DNA of 64,000 nucleotides from Oscillospiraceae bacterium (GCA_902786285.1 CADABX010000002.1:20855-84854), one strand, 5' to 3'; shown: positions 27,838 through 37,215, counted from the stretch's first letter. Program-made: numbers and translations. Notes: generated by a model not told the origin, from the letters alone.

Positions 27838-28042
27838 TTGTAGCGCCGATCAGTGATCGGCTATTGTGCCTCGCCGTCCGCGCCAAGTCGATCGACCTTC
27901 CGTCAGTGCGCTTTGGCGCACTGCCACCTTCCCCAACGCGCACTGCGTGCGCTGGGGACGGCATCTTTGGTGGCTGCCTGCGGCAGCATTGTATACTGCA
28001 GCGATCGTTTGCGCTTATAGCGGCCCTCGGGGCCGCCGCTAC
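27838..28042. repeat. second locus of the multi-hairpin mosaic repeat
   Basis: ATTGTAGCGCCGATCAGTGATCGGCTATTGTGCCTCGCCGTCCGCGCCAAGTCGATCGAC matches the 10692 unit, with a third compensated hairpin (GCCGATCA-g-TGATCGGC). Further hairpins follow: CAGTGCGC-tttg-GCGCACTG, GCTGCC-tgc-GGCAGC and GCGGCCC-tcg-GGGCCGC. The segment 28017-28042 is an inverted copy of the GTAGCG...GCTAT module. Confidence 0.8.
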
Positions 28043-28075
28043 AGGAGCAGCGTGGTCTAAATTTTCTCGACCCCC

Positions 28076-28104
28076 TTGCATTTTTCCGTGAAATATGGTA
28101 CATT
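28076..28104 (+). promoter_or_regulatory. candidate sigmaA promoter of the 856-aa paralog
   Basis: TTGCAT (28076-28081), a 17-nt spacer, then TGG-TACATT (28099-28104, extended -10-like). Confidence 0.5.
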
Positions 28105-28110
28105 GAAAGA

Positions 28111-28270
28111 GCCAAACAATAACCGGAATCCATTGGAATTCCTATACACATCAAATAAGGACACACTATGAAAAAAGTGCGTCCTAATCCTTGTTTGGTG
28201 TGTCCGATAAGGTTATTGTTTGGCGACAATGGGACGGCATTTTTTGTGCGTCCCTCGTGGACGCATTTTT
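28111..28270 (+). promoter_or_regulatory. structured 5' leader with terminator/antiterminator alternative (class unknown)
   Basis: A 14-bp closing stem, GCCAAACAATAACC (28111-28124) with GGTTATTGTTTGGC (28211-28224). An inner stem, GGACACAC (28159-28166) with GTGTGTCC (28198-28205). A terminator, TGCGTCC-ctcgt-GGACGCA-TTTTT (28247-28270), ends 6 nt before the RBS GAGGAGG. GGGACG (28231-28236) can pair with CGTCCC (28249-28254) instead. Confidence 0.55.
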
Positions 28271-28290
28271 GCTTTGAGGAGGAATACGAA

Positions 28291-30861
28291 ATGAAAACAA
28301 CAAAACGACTGCTTGCTGTGCTGATGGCGGCGGTGTTGCTGTGCGTCGGTGTGCCGTTTGCGGCGCAGGCAGAAGGCGAAACATCATATCAAGTTGGTGA
28401 TTTGATTCAATTTGGGAACTATCCGCAAACAAGAGTAGATGAAACGCCTGAATTAAAAGCCGCTGTGGATGCAGCAGTTTGGGCAAGTTATAAATACTAC
28501 ACAGGAACAGGATCTAATTCAGATGGAAAGATGAAACCAAGTGATTATATGCGTTTTGCTGATTTCTATTGTGATGAAGGGAAATATCGGGCAGTAACTT
28601 TTAACACATACCGTCCGCAGAGTACGGGTGATATTTCCAATCCTGAAAACTCGTGGCAAGACGATAATGGGTATTATGTGAATCAAGTTTATTATTTTAA
28701 ATATGAGCCGTTGATTTGGCGCATTTTAGATCCATCTTCTGGTTTGATTATATGTGAAAGCATAATTGATAGTCAAGCATTTCAAAATACGATTTATTTA
28801 AAGAATTCTGGCTCAGATGTTTCATATCAGTCTGTCACTTCTAGTGTTTATTCGAATGATTATTCAAAATCATCAATTCGAGATTGGTTAAACAATGTTT
28901 TTTTCACAACATCTTTTTCTGATTCCCAAAAGCTGTCAATTCTATCAACAACACTTAATAACAGTGCATACAACGAGAATTATAACCAATATGATTCAGC
29001 ATCAACAACAGATAAACTCTATTTATTGTCTTTTTTTGATGTGACTAATCGTAATTACGGTTTTAGCAGTTCCTCCTCTCAGAACAAGAGCAGAATTGCG
29101 AATAATAGTACAGACTATGCAAAATGTCAAGGATTATATGTTTCAAAAAGCGAGGGTTCTGTAGATAATTCTTTTTGGCGTTTGCGTTCCCCAGGCGGTC
29201 AATTTGGCGGAATGTTAATGGCTTGCTCAGTGAATCCAAAGGGTTCGGTGATTGACGATAGCTATCTGTCGACTACAAGCAGAGGAATAAGACCGGCTTG
29301 TTGCATTGCACCAGTTAAGAATAATAATGATTCATCAAGTGTGTTGTTCTCCTTGGTTGCACATAAACAGCAAGGTCATGTCAATGGCGCTGTTGTTAAG
29401 GATAACGAAATTCCTTCCACCTGCACACAGAAAGGTAGCTATGATGAAGTCGTATATTGCACCGAGTGTGGCGAAGAGCTTTCAAGAACACCGCACGAAA
29501 CCACAATGCTTAACCATACCCCCGGTGAAACGGTGATCGAAAACGAAGTCGCCGCCACCTGTACACAGGAAGGCCGCTATGACGAGGTTGTAAATTGCAC
29601 CGCATGCGGTGCAGAAATCAGCCGAGAAACCAAACCCATCGAAAAGCTTCCACACACTCCCCAAACCTACACCACCTCATCCACCTGCGCCGAAAATGGC
29701 TTCACCATCACCATCTGCACCCGCTGCGGCGAAACGCTCAGCAAAGAGATTCTCCCGCGCCTTGACCACAACTGGACCAGCGAAGTGACACAGAACCCCA
29801 CCTGCACGGCACAGGGTGTGAAGACCTACACTTGTGCGGATTGCGGCGAAACCTATACCGAGCCGGTGGACGTCCTCGCCCATGAATGGGATGGCGGCAA
29901 AATGACCAAAGAGCCATCCTGCACCGAGGCGGGCGAAATGACCTATACCTGCGCGACCGGCGGCGAAACAAGAACCGAACCGATCGACAAACTCGACCAT
30001 GAAATCGTGCTTGTTGCAGGCAAGGCGGCAAGCTGCACCGAACCCGGCCTGACCGACGGCTGGCAGTGTAAAAATTGCAAAAAGTGGTTCGCTGAACAGC
30101 AGACCATTCCTGCCCTCGGCCACGACTCGCAAATCGGCAAGGTTGTGGAACCCACCTGCGAGGACCCCGGCTACACGCCGTTCATCTGCACGCGCTGCGG
30201 CGAAACCGTCAGCAAAACCGACCCGACCGACGCCCTCGGCCACAACATGCAGCCCACCTACGTTTGGGCGAAGGATGACAGCACCGTAACGGCAACGATG
30301 GTCTGCACCCGCTGCGACAAGACGGGTATGACAGAGACCGCAGAGATCAAAACCGAAGTGACCGTGAAACCCACCTGCAGCACCGAAGGCGAGCTGACCT
30401 TGATCGCCGCGTTCAACAACAAGTCATTTTACGGACAGACCAAAACCAAGACCTTGCCGCGCGACCCGAACGCCCACGTGTTCAAAGTCACCGTGACGCC
30501 GCCGACCTGCATGGACGACGGCTACACCACCCACGCCTGCACGCTTTGCCGCTACGGCTACAGCGACGAGATCGTTGCCGCCCTCGGCCACGATTATCAG
30601 CACTACGATGCCAAGGCGCCGACCTGCGAAGCGCCCGGCTGGGACGCCTACGATACCTGCAGCCGCTGCGATTACACGACCTACAGCGAGCTTGCAACAG
30701 TGGATCATGATGACGCCGACAACGACGGCAAATGCGATATGTGCGGCGATCAGATGCAGGGCGGCAGCCATTGCAAATACTGTGGCAAGGTGCACAACGG
30801 CAATTTCTTCGACAAGCTGACCGGCTTCTTCCACCGGATTCTTGCCATTTTCAAACGATAA
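28291..30861 (+). CDS. secreted DUF6273-like domain protein fused to the same Cys/His module repeats (paralog of the giant protein C-terminal architecture)
   Basis: ATG 28291 follows GAGGAGG; signal peptide MKTTKRLLAVLMAAVLLCVGVPFAAQA. DUF6273-like hallmarks are present (FGNYPQ, YEPLIWRILD, IRDWLN, LYLLSFFD, FWRLRSPG, GIRPACCI). About 11 modules of the form xTCTxxGx5-6CxxCG...H follow. The tail is CKYCGKVHNGNFFDKLTGFFHRILAIFKR. The track start 28168 would add 41 aa in front of the signal peptide. Confidence 0.85.
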   Translation: MKTTKRLLAVLMAAVLLCVGVPFAAQAEGETSYQVGDLIQFGNYPQTRVDETPELKAAVDAAVWASYKYYTGTGSNSDGKMKPSDYMRFADFYCDEGKYRAVTFNTYRPQSTGDISNPENSWQDDNGYYVNQVYYFKYEPLIWRILDPSSGLIICESIIDSQAFQNTIYLKNSGSDVSYQSVTSSVYSNDYSKSSIRDWLNNVFFTTSFSDSQKLSILSTTLNNSAYNENYNQYDSASTTDKLYLLSFFDVTNRNYGFSSSSSQNKSRIANNSTDYAKCQGLYVSKSEGSVDNSFWRLRSPGGQFGGMLMACSVNPKGSVIDDSYLSTTSRGIRPACCIAPVKNNNDSSSVLFSLVAHKQQGHVNGAVVKDNEIPSTCTQKGSYDEVVYCTECGEELSRTPHETTMLNHTPGETVIENEVAATCTQEGRYDEVVNCTACGAEISRETKPIEKLPHTPQTYTTSSTCAENGFTITICTRCGETLSKEILPRLDHNWTSEVTQNPTCTAQGVKTYTCADCGETYTEPVDVLAHEWDGGKMTKEPSCTEAGEMTYTCATGGETRTEPIDKLDHEIVLVAGKAASCTEPGLTDGWQCKNCKKWFAEQQTIPALGHDSQIGKVVEPTCEDPGYTPFICTRCGETVSKTDPTDALGHNMQPTYVWAKDDSTVTATMVCTRCDKTGMTETAEIKTEVTVKPTCSTEGELTLIAAFNNKSFYGQTKTKTLPRDPNAHVFKVTVTPPTCMDDGYTTHACTLCRYGYSDEIVAALGHDYQHYDAKAPTCEAPGWDAYDTCSRCDYTTYSELATVDHDDADNDGKCDMCGDQMQGGSHCKYCGKVHNGNFFDKLTGFFHRILAIFKR

Positions 30862-30877
30862 CTCCACAATCCACGCT

Positions 30878-30905
30878 GACCGTCCTCCCCGAGGACGGTC
30901 TTTTT
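30878..30905 (+). terminator. rho-independent terminator
   Basis: GACCGTCCTC-ccc-GAGGACGGTC followed by TTTTT. It abuts the stop of the convergent spoIID. Confidence 0.85.
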
Positions 30906-31854
30906 AATTCACCGCATCGCCCGCCGTCAGCACCGTGTCCGGGTAAAAGTGGGCGAGGATCTCCCGGTAATCGCTGCCCTGCCGCGCCATGAAATCGGCG
31001 CTGTTCTGGCTCATCCCAACGCCGTGGCCGCGCCCGCGCACGGTAAACGTGAACGTGTCGCCGCTTTGCGATAGCGTGAAAAACGGACTCGGCAAATCGA
31101 ACGCCGCACGGACGTCCGGACCGCTGAACGCCGCGTCGCCGATGCGGATCTTTTGCACATAGCCGGTGTCGCGCACCACACACTTGCCGACCCATTTGCG
31201 CGCCGTTTCTTTCAGATTCGCGCCGTCCAGGGCGGCTGCCTTTTCCAAAAACGCCGCCTTTGTCAGTTCCAGCGTCGTTTCCAGCTTCGGCGACAGCACA
31301 TCACCGTCGGCTGTGACGGACGGCAGATAGGACAGCCTTTTGCCCCAAACGGCAGCGGCGCTTTCGGTTTTGCCGGGGGAGAGCGCGTGATAGGCGGCGA
31401 GGATCGGCACGCCGTCATACAGCAGCACCTCGTCCTTCACACTGTCCACCGCTTGCGAGAGCCTTGCCTGCCGCTGGAGATAGTTGTCGCCCCACGCGGC
31501 GCGCAGCTCGTCGTCGCTGAGAAACCCCTGACAGGTGTCCGGATCGTCGGTCAGCGTGTCGCCCTGCCGCAGCCGGTACAGCGCATAGGTGTGCGCGGCA
31601 ACCGTCTGCGCCTTGAGCGCTTCCATCTCCAGATCGGGCGCGATCTCTGCGGCCAGCACACCGCAAAGATAGTCGCGCCATGAAAGCGTCAGGGTGCTGC
31701 CGTTCGCCGTGCGGTGCAGCGTAACGGTCTGCGGGCGGCCGGCGTCTGCCTGTTTTGCATCTGCGGGGAGCAGCTTTGCCATTGGAACGGCGAAAAACGG
31801 ACACGCGGCGACGGCCAGCAGCAAAATGAGCACAAGAACCAAGGAAAACTTCAT
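30904..31854 (-). CDS. spoIID: stage II sporulation protein D (SpoIID/LytB domain)
   Basis: Signal/TM start MKFSLVLVLILLLAVAA, then EALKAQTVAAHTYALY and GHGVGMSQNSADFMARQG, which are SpoIID hallmarks. ATG 31854 is preferred to the longer track ORF. Confidence 0.85.
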   Translation of the reverse strand: MKFSLVLVLILLLAVAACPFFAVPMAKLLPADAKQADAGRPQTVTLHRTANGSTLTLSWRDYLCGVLAAEIAPDLEMEALKAQTVAAHTYALYRLRQGDTLTDDPDTCQGFLSDDELRAAWGDNYLQRQARLSQAVDSVKDEVLLYDGVPILAAYHALSPGKTESAAAVWGKRLSYLPSVTADGDVLSPKLETTLELTKAAFLEKAAALDGANLKETARKWVGKCVVRDTGYVQKIRIGDAAFSGPDVRAAFDLPSPFFTLSQSGDTFTFTVRGRGHGVGMSQNSADFMARQGSDYREILAHFYPDTVLTAGDAVN

Positions 31855-32001
31855 TTTACTTTCATCCTTTGTTGATTCAGTGAATTGACTTTCTTTCTCA
31901 GATGAAATATAATAAATAGAACATCTATTTTTACTATATTTTATTTTCCTGTGCAATGATAAAGAACAAGCAGGAGGAAAAAGAAGAACAGGAGGCACTG
32001 C

Positions 32002-33444
32002 ATGGCGAACCAATTATTCAATCCGATGTCGCCGGATCTGCTCGAAGCCATGTGCAGCAAGATTGAACGCAAGAGCCAGATCAATCCGGACGATTTTTGG
32101 AAATACGGCGTCAAGCGCGGTTTGCGCAACCACGACGGCACCGGCGTGATGGCGGGTCTGACCAAGATCTGCGCCGTGGAAGGCTACTATGTGGACGACG
32201 GTGAACGTGTGCCAAAAAAAGGTAAACTGAAATACCGCGGTATCAATATTCAGGAGATCGTGGACGCGTGTGAAAAAGAGAACCGCTTCGGCTTTGAAGA
32301 GGTGGCTTATCTGCTGATTTTCGGCTCGCTGCCGTCGCAGGAGCAGCTCGATCTGTTTCGCAACGCACTCGGCCTTTGCCGCCGGCTGCCGGAGGATTTC
32401 ATCGAGGACGTCATTATGAAAAACGCGTCGTTCGACGTGATGAACGAGATGGCGCGCTGCGTGCTCGCGCTGTATTCCTACGACGAGACCGCCGATGATA
32501 CCGGCCTCGAAAATGTGCTGCGCCAAAGCGTGCAAATCATTTCCCAGATGCCGCTGATCATGTCCTATGCCTATCAGGTCAAGCGCCATAAGTATTACGG
32601 CAAAAGCATGTATTTCCACCCGGACAAGCCCGAGCTTTCCACCGCAGAACTGATATTGCGCTCCATCCGCTCCGACCGGCACTATACCGACGACGAAGCG
32701 AAACTGCTCGACTTTTGTCTGATGCTCCACGCCGAACACGGCGGCGGCAACAACTCCACCTTTACCTGCCGTGTGCTGACCTCCAGCGGCACCGATTCCT
32801 ACGCGGCCTATTCCTCCGCCATCGGCGCGCTCAAAGGCCCGCGTCACGGCGGCGCGAACCTCAAGGTTTGCCGTATGCTCGACGATATGCTTGCGCATAT
32901 CGAAGACGTGACGGACGAGGCGCAGGTGGCGGCGTATCTCGAAAAGATCATCCGCAAAGAGGCGGGCGACCGCAGCGGTCTGGTCTACGGTATGGGTCAC
33001 GCGGTCTATACGATCAGCGACCCGCGGGCGCAGATTTTGAAGGAGAAAGCGCGTAAATTTGCCGAAAGCTCCGGGTTCCATAAGGAATTCACACTCGCGT
33101 GCCTGATTGAAAAGCTGACGCCGGAAATCTTCCGCCGCGTCACAGGCAGCAGCAAACCGCTGTGTGCCAACGTCGATCTGTATTCCGGCATCGTGTATAA
33201 GCTGCTCGACATCCCCGAAGATCTCTTCACACCCCTGTTCGCCACGGCCCGCATCGCCGGCTGGTCGGCGCACCGGATGGAAGAACTGCTCACCGGCGGC
33301 CGCATCATCCGCCCGGCGTATAAGAGCGTGGCGCTGCCGAAAAAGTATGTCCCGATCAGCGAGCGTATTTCCAACTATCTGACGACCACGACCTATGTGC
33401 CGGCGGAAGACAGAATCTTTACGGAGGGAGAAGAGGTCTTATGA
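32002..33444 (+). CDS. citrate synthase family protein
   Basis: LHAEHGGGNNSTF and the GMGHAVY motif of citrate/2-methylcitrate synthases. AGGAGG lies upstream of the ATG. Confidence 0.85.
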   Translation: MANQLFNPMSPDLLEAMCSKIERKSQINPDDFWKYGVKRGLRNHDGTGVMAGLTKICAVEGYYVDDGERVPKKGKLKYRGINIQEIVDACEKENRFGFEEVAYLLIFGSLPSQEQLDLFRNALGLCRRLPEDFIEDVIMKNASFDVMNEMARCVLALYSYDETADDTGLENVLRQSVQIISQMPLIMSYAYQVKRHKYYGKSMYFHPDKPELSTAELILRSIRSDRHYTDDEAKLLDFCLMLHAEHGGGNNSTFTCRVLTSSGTDSYAAYSSAIGALKGPRHGGANLKVCRMLDDMLAHIEDVTDEAQVAAYLEKIIRKEAGDRSGLVYGMGHAVYTISDPRAQILKEKARKFAESSGFHKEFTLACLIEKLTPEIFRRVTGSSKPLCANVDLYSGIVYKLLDIPEDLFTPLFATARIAGWSAHRMEELLTGGRIIRPAYKSVALPKKYVPISERISNYLTTTTYVPAEDRIFTEGEEVL

Positions 33445-34331
33445 AAAAGAACAGCAAAGACACCCTGACGATCCAGAAGGCGCTGCTTGCGTTTTTGGTT
33501 TTCTTCGTCTGCTTCACCGTGATCCGCATCATTGAGGTTGCGGTCGGCATCGACGCCGCCACCGGATTTTTCAAACAATCGAGTCCGCTGCACGGCCTGT
33601 TTTATGCGCTGGTCATCTGCGGCTGTGCGGTGCTCGCCGTCTATAGCTTTTTGAGCAAACCGGCGTCCAAACTGCGCACGATCGGCTTTCGTTCCGTGGC
33701 GCTGTGCATCATGGCGGCGCTGCTCGGCCTTGCGTTTCTGGGCGACGGCATCGCGTCGTTCGGCCAGATCAGCGATCTGCACGCGGCCGGCGGCTCGTTT
33801 CGCGAACGGATGAGCTCCGGCGAGCTGCCGCTGACACTGCGCGGCATCTTCGGCATTTTGTCTGCGGCCTATTTCTTTGTACTGGCCCATTCCTACCGCA
33901 CCGGCAAAACCACGGCCGCCAAAGCGCGTATCCTGGCGCTGTCGCCCATCTGCTGGGCGGCGTTCCGGATGGTCCATCATTTCGTGCGCAAAATCAGCTT
34001 TACCAAGGTGTCCGACCTGTTTTTCGAACTGCTGATGCTCGGCGCGATGCTGCTGTTTTTCATGGCGTTTGCCTCTGTCACAAGCGGTATCTATTCCGAC
34101 GGCACGGCGTGGCGGCTGTGCGGGTTCGGGCTTCCGGCGGCACTGATCGCCGGCATGCTGTCGCTCCCGCGATTGGTGTTCACGCTGATCGACAAAGCGG
34201 CCTATATCAACGAAAACCACCCGTTCCAGGCGGTGGACTGCATCTTTTGCTGCTTCGTGCTGCTGCTTTGCATCACCAATTTGCGCAATGACGCAAAACA
34301 GCCGCAGCCGGAAACCATACCGGAAGCTTAA
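33441..34331 (+). CDS. hypothetical polytopic membrane protein
   Basis: 296 aa with about 7-8 hydrophobic segments. An ATGA overlap with the citrate synthase stop indicates translational coupling. I recognise no family. Confidence 0.6.
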   Translation: MKKNSKDTLTIQKALLAFLVFFVCFTVIRIIEVAVGIDAATGFFKQSSPLHGLFYALVICGCAVLAVYSFLSKPASKLRTIGFRSVALCIMAALLGLAFLGDGIASFGQISDLHAAGGSFRERMSSGELPLTLRGIFGILSAAYFFVLAHSYRTGKTTAAKARILALSPICWAAFRMVHHFVRKISFTKVSDLFFELLMLGAMLLFFMAFASVTSGIYSDGTAWRLCGFGLPAALIAGMLSLPRLVFTLIDKAAYINENHPFQAVDCIFCCFVLLLCITNLRNDAKQPQPETIPEA

Positions 34332-34366
34332 CCTTTTCAATGACGCAAAACGGACGTGAGTAAACA

Positions 34367-35299
34367 GTGTTTCTTGAAAATATGAAATCGGCCGCCGGTC
34401 AGGTGGCGATCCTATATCTGATCGTGCTGGTCGGGTTTATATGCGACAAGGTCAAGCTGTTTACCGAAGCGACGGCCAAGGCCACGATCAATCTTCTGCT
34501 CTATATCATTACCCCTTGCATCATTATCGACTCCTTTTTAAAGATGGAGTATTCACCTGCACGCGCCAAAAAGTTCTTTCTGGCGCTGGGTCTGATGTTC
34601 TTGCTGCACATCGTTGCGATCGTGCTCAACCTCCCTTTTTTCCGCAAAAAAGGCGGGCCGTACAACCCGATCTATAAATACGCGAGCATCTATGGCAACG
34701 TCGGCTTCATGGCGCTGCCGCTGGCCAAAGCGGTGCTCGGCGCCAAGGGCGTGTTTTACTGCTCCAGCGGTCTGATCGCGTTCAACGTCATCACCTTCAC
34801 CCACGGGGTACGCGTGATGGCGGGTGACAACTACAAATTCGACTGGAAAAAGCTGATCGTCAATCCCGGCGTTCTCGGCGTTGCCATCGGCCTGCCGCTG
34901 TTTTTGCTGGACGTGCAGGTGCCCACGGTGATCGCGCAGCCGATCTCGCTGATCGCCGGACTCAACACGGCGGTCGCCATGCTGATTTTCGGCACCTATC
35001 TTGCGAACACCGATCTGAAAACGATGTTTTTGGCCAAGGGCATCTATCTGGTGGCGCTGTTCAAGCTGATCGTGCTGCCGGTGAGCTGCATCCTGTTGTT
35101 CAAGCTGATGGGGATCCAGGGTGCGCTGCTCGTGGCTTGCGCCATTTCGGCCAGCGTGCCGTCGGGCAACAACACGTTTATGTTTTCGTCCAAATACGGC
35201 CTTGACGTCGGCATGGCGTCCAAGACCGTGGCGCTCGTTTCCGTGTTTTCCATTTTCACCATGCCGGTCATCATCGCGTTCGCGCAGAGTATGGCATAA
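34367..35299 (+). CDS. AEC (auxin efflux carrier) family transporter
   Basis: 310 aa with about 10 TM segments. The N-terminus VAILYLIVLVGFICDK...LLLYIITPCIIIDSF is typical of AEC. The start is uncertain (GTG 34367 or ATG 34382). Confidence 0.75.
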   Translation: MFLENMKSAAGQVAILYLIVLVGFICDKVKLFTEATAKATINLLLYIITPCIIIDSFLKMEYSPARAKKFFLALGLMFLLHIVAIVLNLPFFRKKGGPYNPIYKYASIYGNVGFMALPLAKAVLGAKGVFYCSSGLIAFNVITFTHGVRVMAGDNYKFDWKKLIVNPGVLGVAIGLPLFLLDVQVPTVIAQPISLIAGLNTAVAMLIFGTYLANTDLKTMFLAKGIYLVALFKLIVLPVSCILLFKLMGIQGALLVACAISASVPSGNNTFMFSSKYGLDVGMASKTVALVSVFSIFTMPVIIAFAQSMA

Positions 35300-35327
35300 A
35301 AACTATCGTACATAGGAGGCTTTTCCA

Positions 35328-36386
35328 ATGGACGCTTTTACCGTTCCCGTTCATTTTGCCGGGATCGCGAAGGAATTTATCGTTTCCAACACGCTGAATC
35401 TCGGCTTCACCACCGTGCGCTGGTACGGCGTCATCATCGCGTTCGGCTTTCTGCTGGCCGCGCTGTTCGGCGGTCGTATCGCCTATACGTGGAAGATCAA
35501 TCTCGATAAAATGATCGACGTGCTGCTTTACGGCACCATCTTCGGCATCATCGGCGCCCGGCTGTATTATGTGGCGTTCCGCTGGGACTACTACGGCAGC
35601 CATCTGTCCGAGATCCCCAAAATCTGGGAGGGCGGGCTTGCCATCTACGGCGGTATCATCGGCGGCATTCTCGCCGGGTTCATCGTCAGCAAGCTCGAAA
35701 AGCTCAATTTCTTTAACCTGCTCGACATGGTCGCCATGTCGCTGCTGATCGGGCAGGGGATCGGCCGTTGGGGCAACTTTGCCAACCAGGAGGCCTTCGG
35801 CACGATCACCCATAAGAACTGGGGCATGATGAGCGAGATCGTCGCGCAGTATATCAGCGAGCATCCGGCGTCGTTCGGCCTGGAAAACGTGACGGACATT
35901 CCGCAGTATATCGCCGACAACGATCTGTATGTCCACCCGACGTTCTTTTATGAATCGGTCTGGTGTCTGCTGGGCTTCGGTTTGCTGTATCTTATCCTCA
36001 AAAAATGCCGCCGCTTCAGCGGACAACTCTTCCTTTGCTACGGCGTTTGGTACGGCTTCGGCCGCATGATCATCGAAGGCATGCGCACCGATTCGCTCTA
36101 TATCGGCAATACGTCCATCCGCGTGTCGCAGGTGCTTTCGGGCGTGCTGATGCTGATCTGTCTGGTGCTGCTCGTCACGCTGACGATCCACTATAAACGC
36201 CACCCGAAGCCGATCGAAGGCATCGACTTTTTCCCGCCGAAAACCGAAAAAGAACTGGCCGCGGAGGAAAAGAAGCGCCAGCGCAAAGCGCTGCGGCAAA
36301 AGGCGAAGGAGATGCGCATCCGCGACGGTAAGGCGACCAACAAACCGGAAAGACCTCAGGAGGAAGAACCCCATGCAGATAATTGA
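35328..36386 (+). CDS. lgt: prolipoprotein diacylglyceryl transferase
   Basis: [24 protein letters not shown], and the [13 protein letters not shown] signature. It has a long basic C-terminal extension. Confidence 0.9.
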   Translation: MDAFTVPVHFAGIAKEFIVSNTLNLGFTTVRWYGVIIAFGFLLAALFGGRIAYTWKINLDKMIDVLLYGTIFGIIGARLYYVAFRWDYYGSHLSEIPKIWEGGLAIYGGIIGGILAGFIVSKLEKLNFFNLLDMVAMSLLIGQGIGRWGNFANQEAFGTITHKNWGMMSEIVAQYISEHPASFGLENVTDIPQYIADNDLYVHPTFFYESVWCLLGFGLLYLILKKCRRFSGQLFLCYGVWYGFGRMIIEGMRTDSLYIGNTSIRVSQVLSGVLMLICLVLLVTLTIHYKRHPKPIEGIDFFPPKTEKELAAEEKKRQRKALRQKAKEMRIRDGKATNKPERPQEEEPHADN

Positions 36387-37215
36387 CGGCAAAGCAGTAT
36401 CCCTCGCCGTAAAAACCGACGTGCGCGACGCCATCGCCAAAGCCGGCATCGAGCCGTGCCTTGCGGTGATTTTGGTCGGCAACGACCCGGCGTCCCGCGT
36501 GTATGTCAACAATAAAAAGAAAGCCTGCGCCTTTTGTGGCATCCGCTCGCTCGAATATGCGCTGCCGGAGGAGACGACGCAGGAGGAGCTGCTCGATCTG
36601 ATCGACAAGCTCAACCGCGACCCAGCGGTCAACGGCATTTTGTGCCAGCTGCCGGTGCCCGGGCAGATCAGCGAAAAAGAGGTCATCGCAAAGATCGACC
36701 CCAAAAAGGACGTCGACTGCTTCCACAACGAAAACGTGGGCCGGCTTTGGACGGGCAGCTACCGGATTTTGCCGTGCACGCCTGCCGGCGTGATGGCGCT
36801 GCTCGACCATTACCACATCGACCCCGCGGGCAAGCACTGCGTGATCGTGGGCCGCAGCAACATCGTGGGCAAGCCCATGGCGGCGCTGATGCTTGCGCGT
36901 AACGCGACCGTGACGATCTGCCATTCGCACACGGCCGATCTCAAGGCGCAGTGTCTGCAGGCGGACATCCTTGTGGCGGCTGTGGGCAAGGCGAAGTTCA
37001 TCACCGCCGATATGGTCAAGGACGGCGCCGTGGTGCTCGACGTGGGGATCAACCGCAACGACGACGGCAAGCTGTGCGGCGACGTGGATTTTGAAAAAGT
37101 CAAAGACAAGGTGTCCTGGATCACACCGGTGCCCGGCGGCTGCGGCCCGATGACCATCGCCGTGCTGATGCAGAACACCCTGACTGCGTACAAAATACAA
37201 ACGAAAACCTTATAA
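36373..37215 (+). CDS. folD: bifunctional methylenetetrahydrofolate dehydrogenase / methenyl-THF cyclohydrolase
   Basis: [10 protein letters not shown]..., [31 protein letters not shown], and [15 protein letters not shown]. Confidence 0.92.
   Translation: MQIIDGKAVSLAVKTDVRDAIAKAGIEPCLAVILVGNDPASRVYVNNKKKACAFCGIRSLEYALPEETTQEELLDLIDKLNRDPAVNGILCQLPVPGQISEKEVIAKIDPKKDVDCFHNENVGRLWTGSYRILPCTPAGVMALLDHYHIDPAGKHCVIVGRSNIVGKPMAALMLARNATVTICHSHTADLKAQCLQADILVAAVGKAKFITADMVKDGAVVLDVGINRNDDGKLCGDVDFEKVKDKVSWITPVPGGCGPMTIAVLMQNTLTAYKIQTKTL

Noticed and set aside
28168-28290. An upstream in-frame ATG (track ORF start 28168) for the paralog, or a leader peptide.
   Set aside because: It would put 41 non-signal residues in front of an obvious signal peptide, and it runs through the terminator hairpin. 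ATG 28291 has a much stronger RBS (GAGGAGG). There is no in-frame stop, so it cannot be a classical leader peptide.
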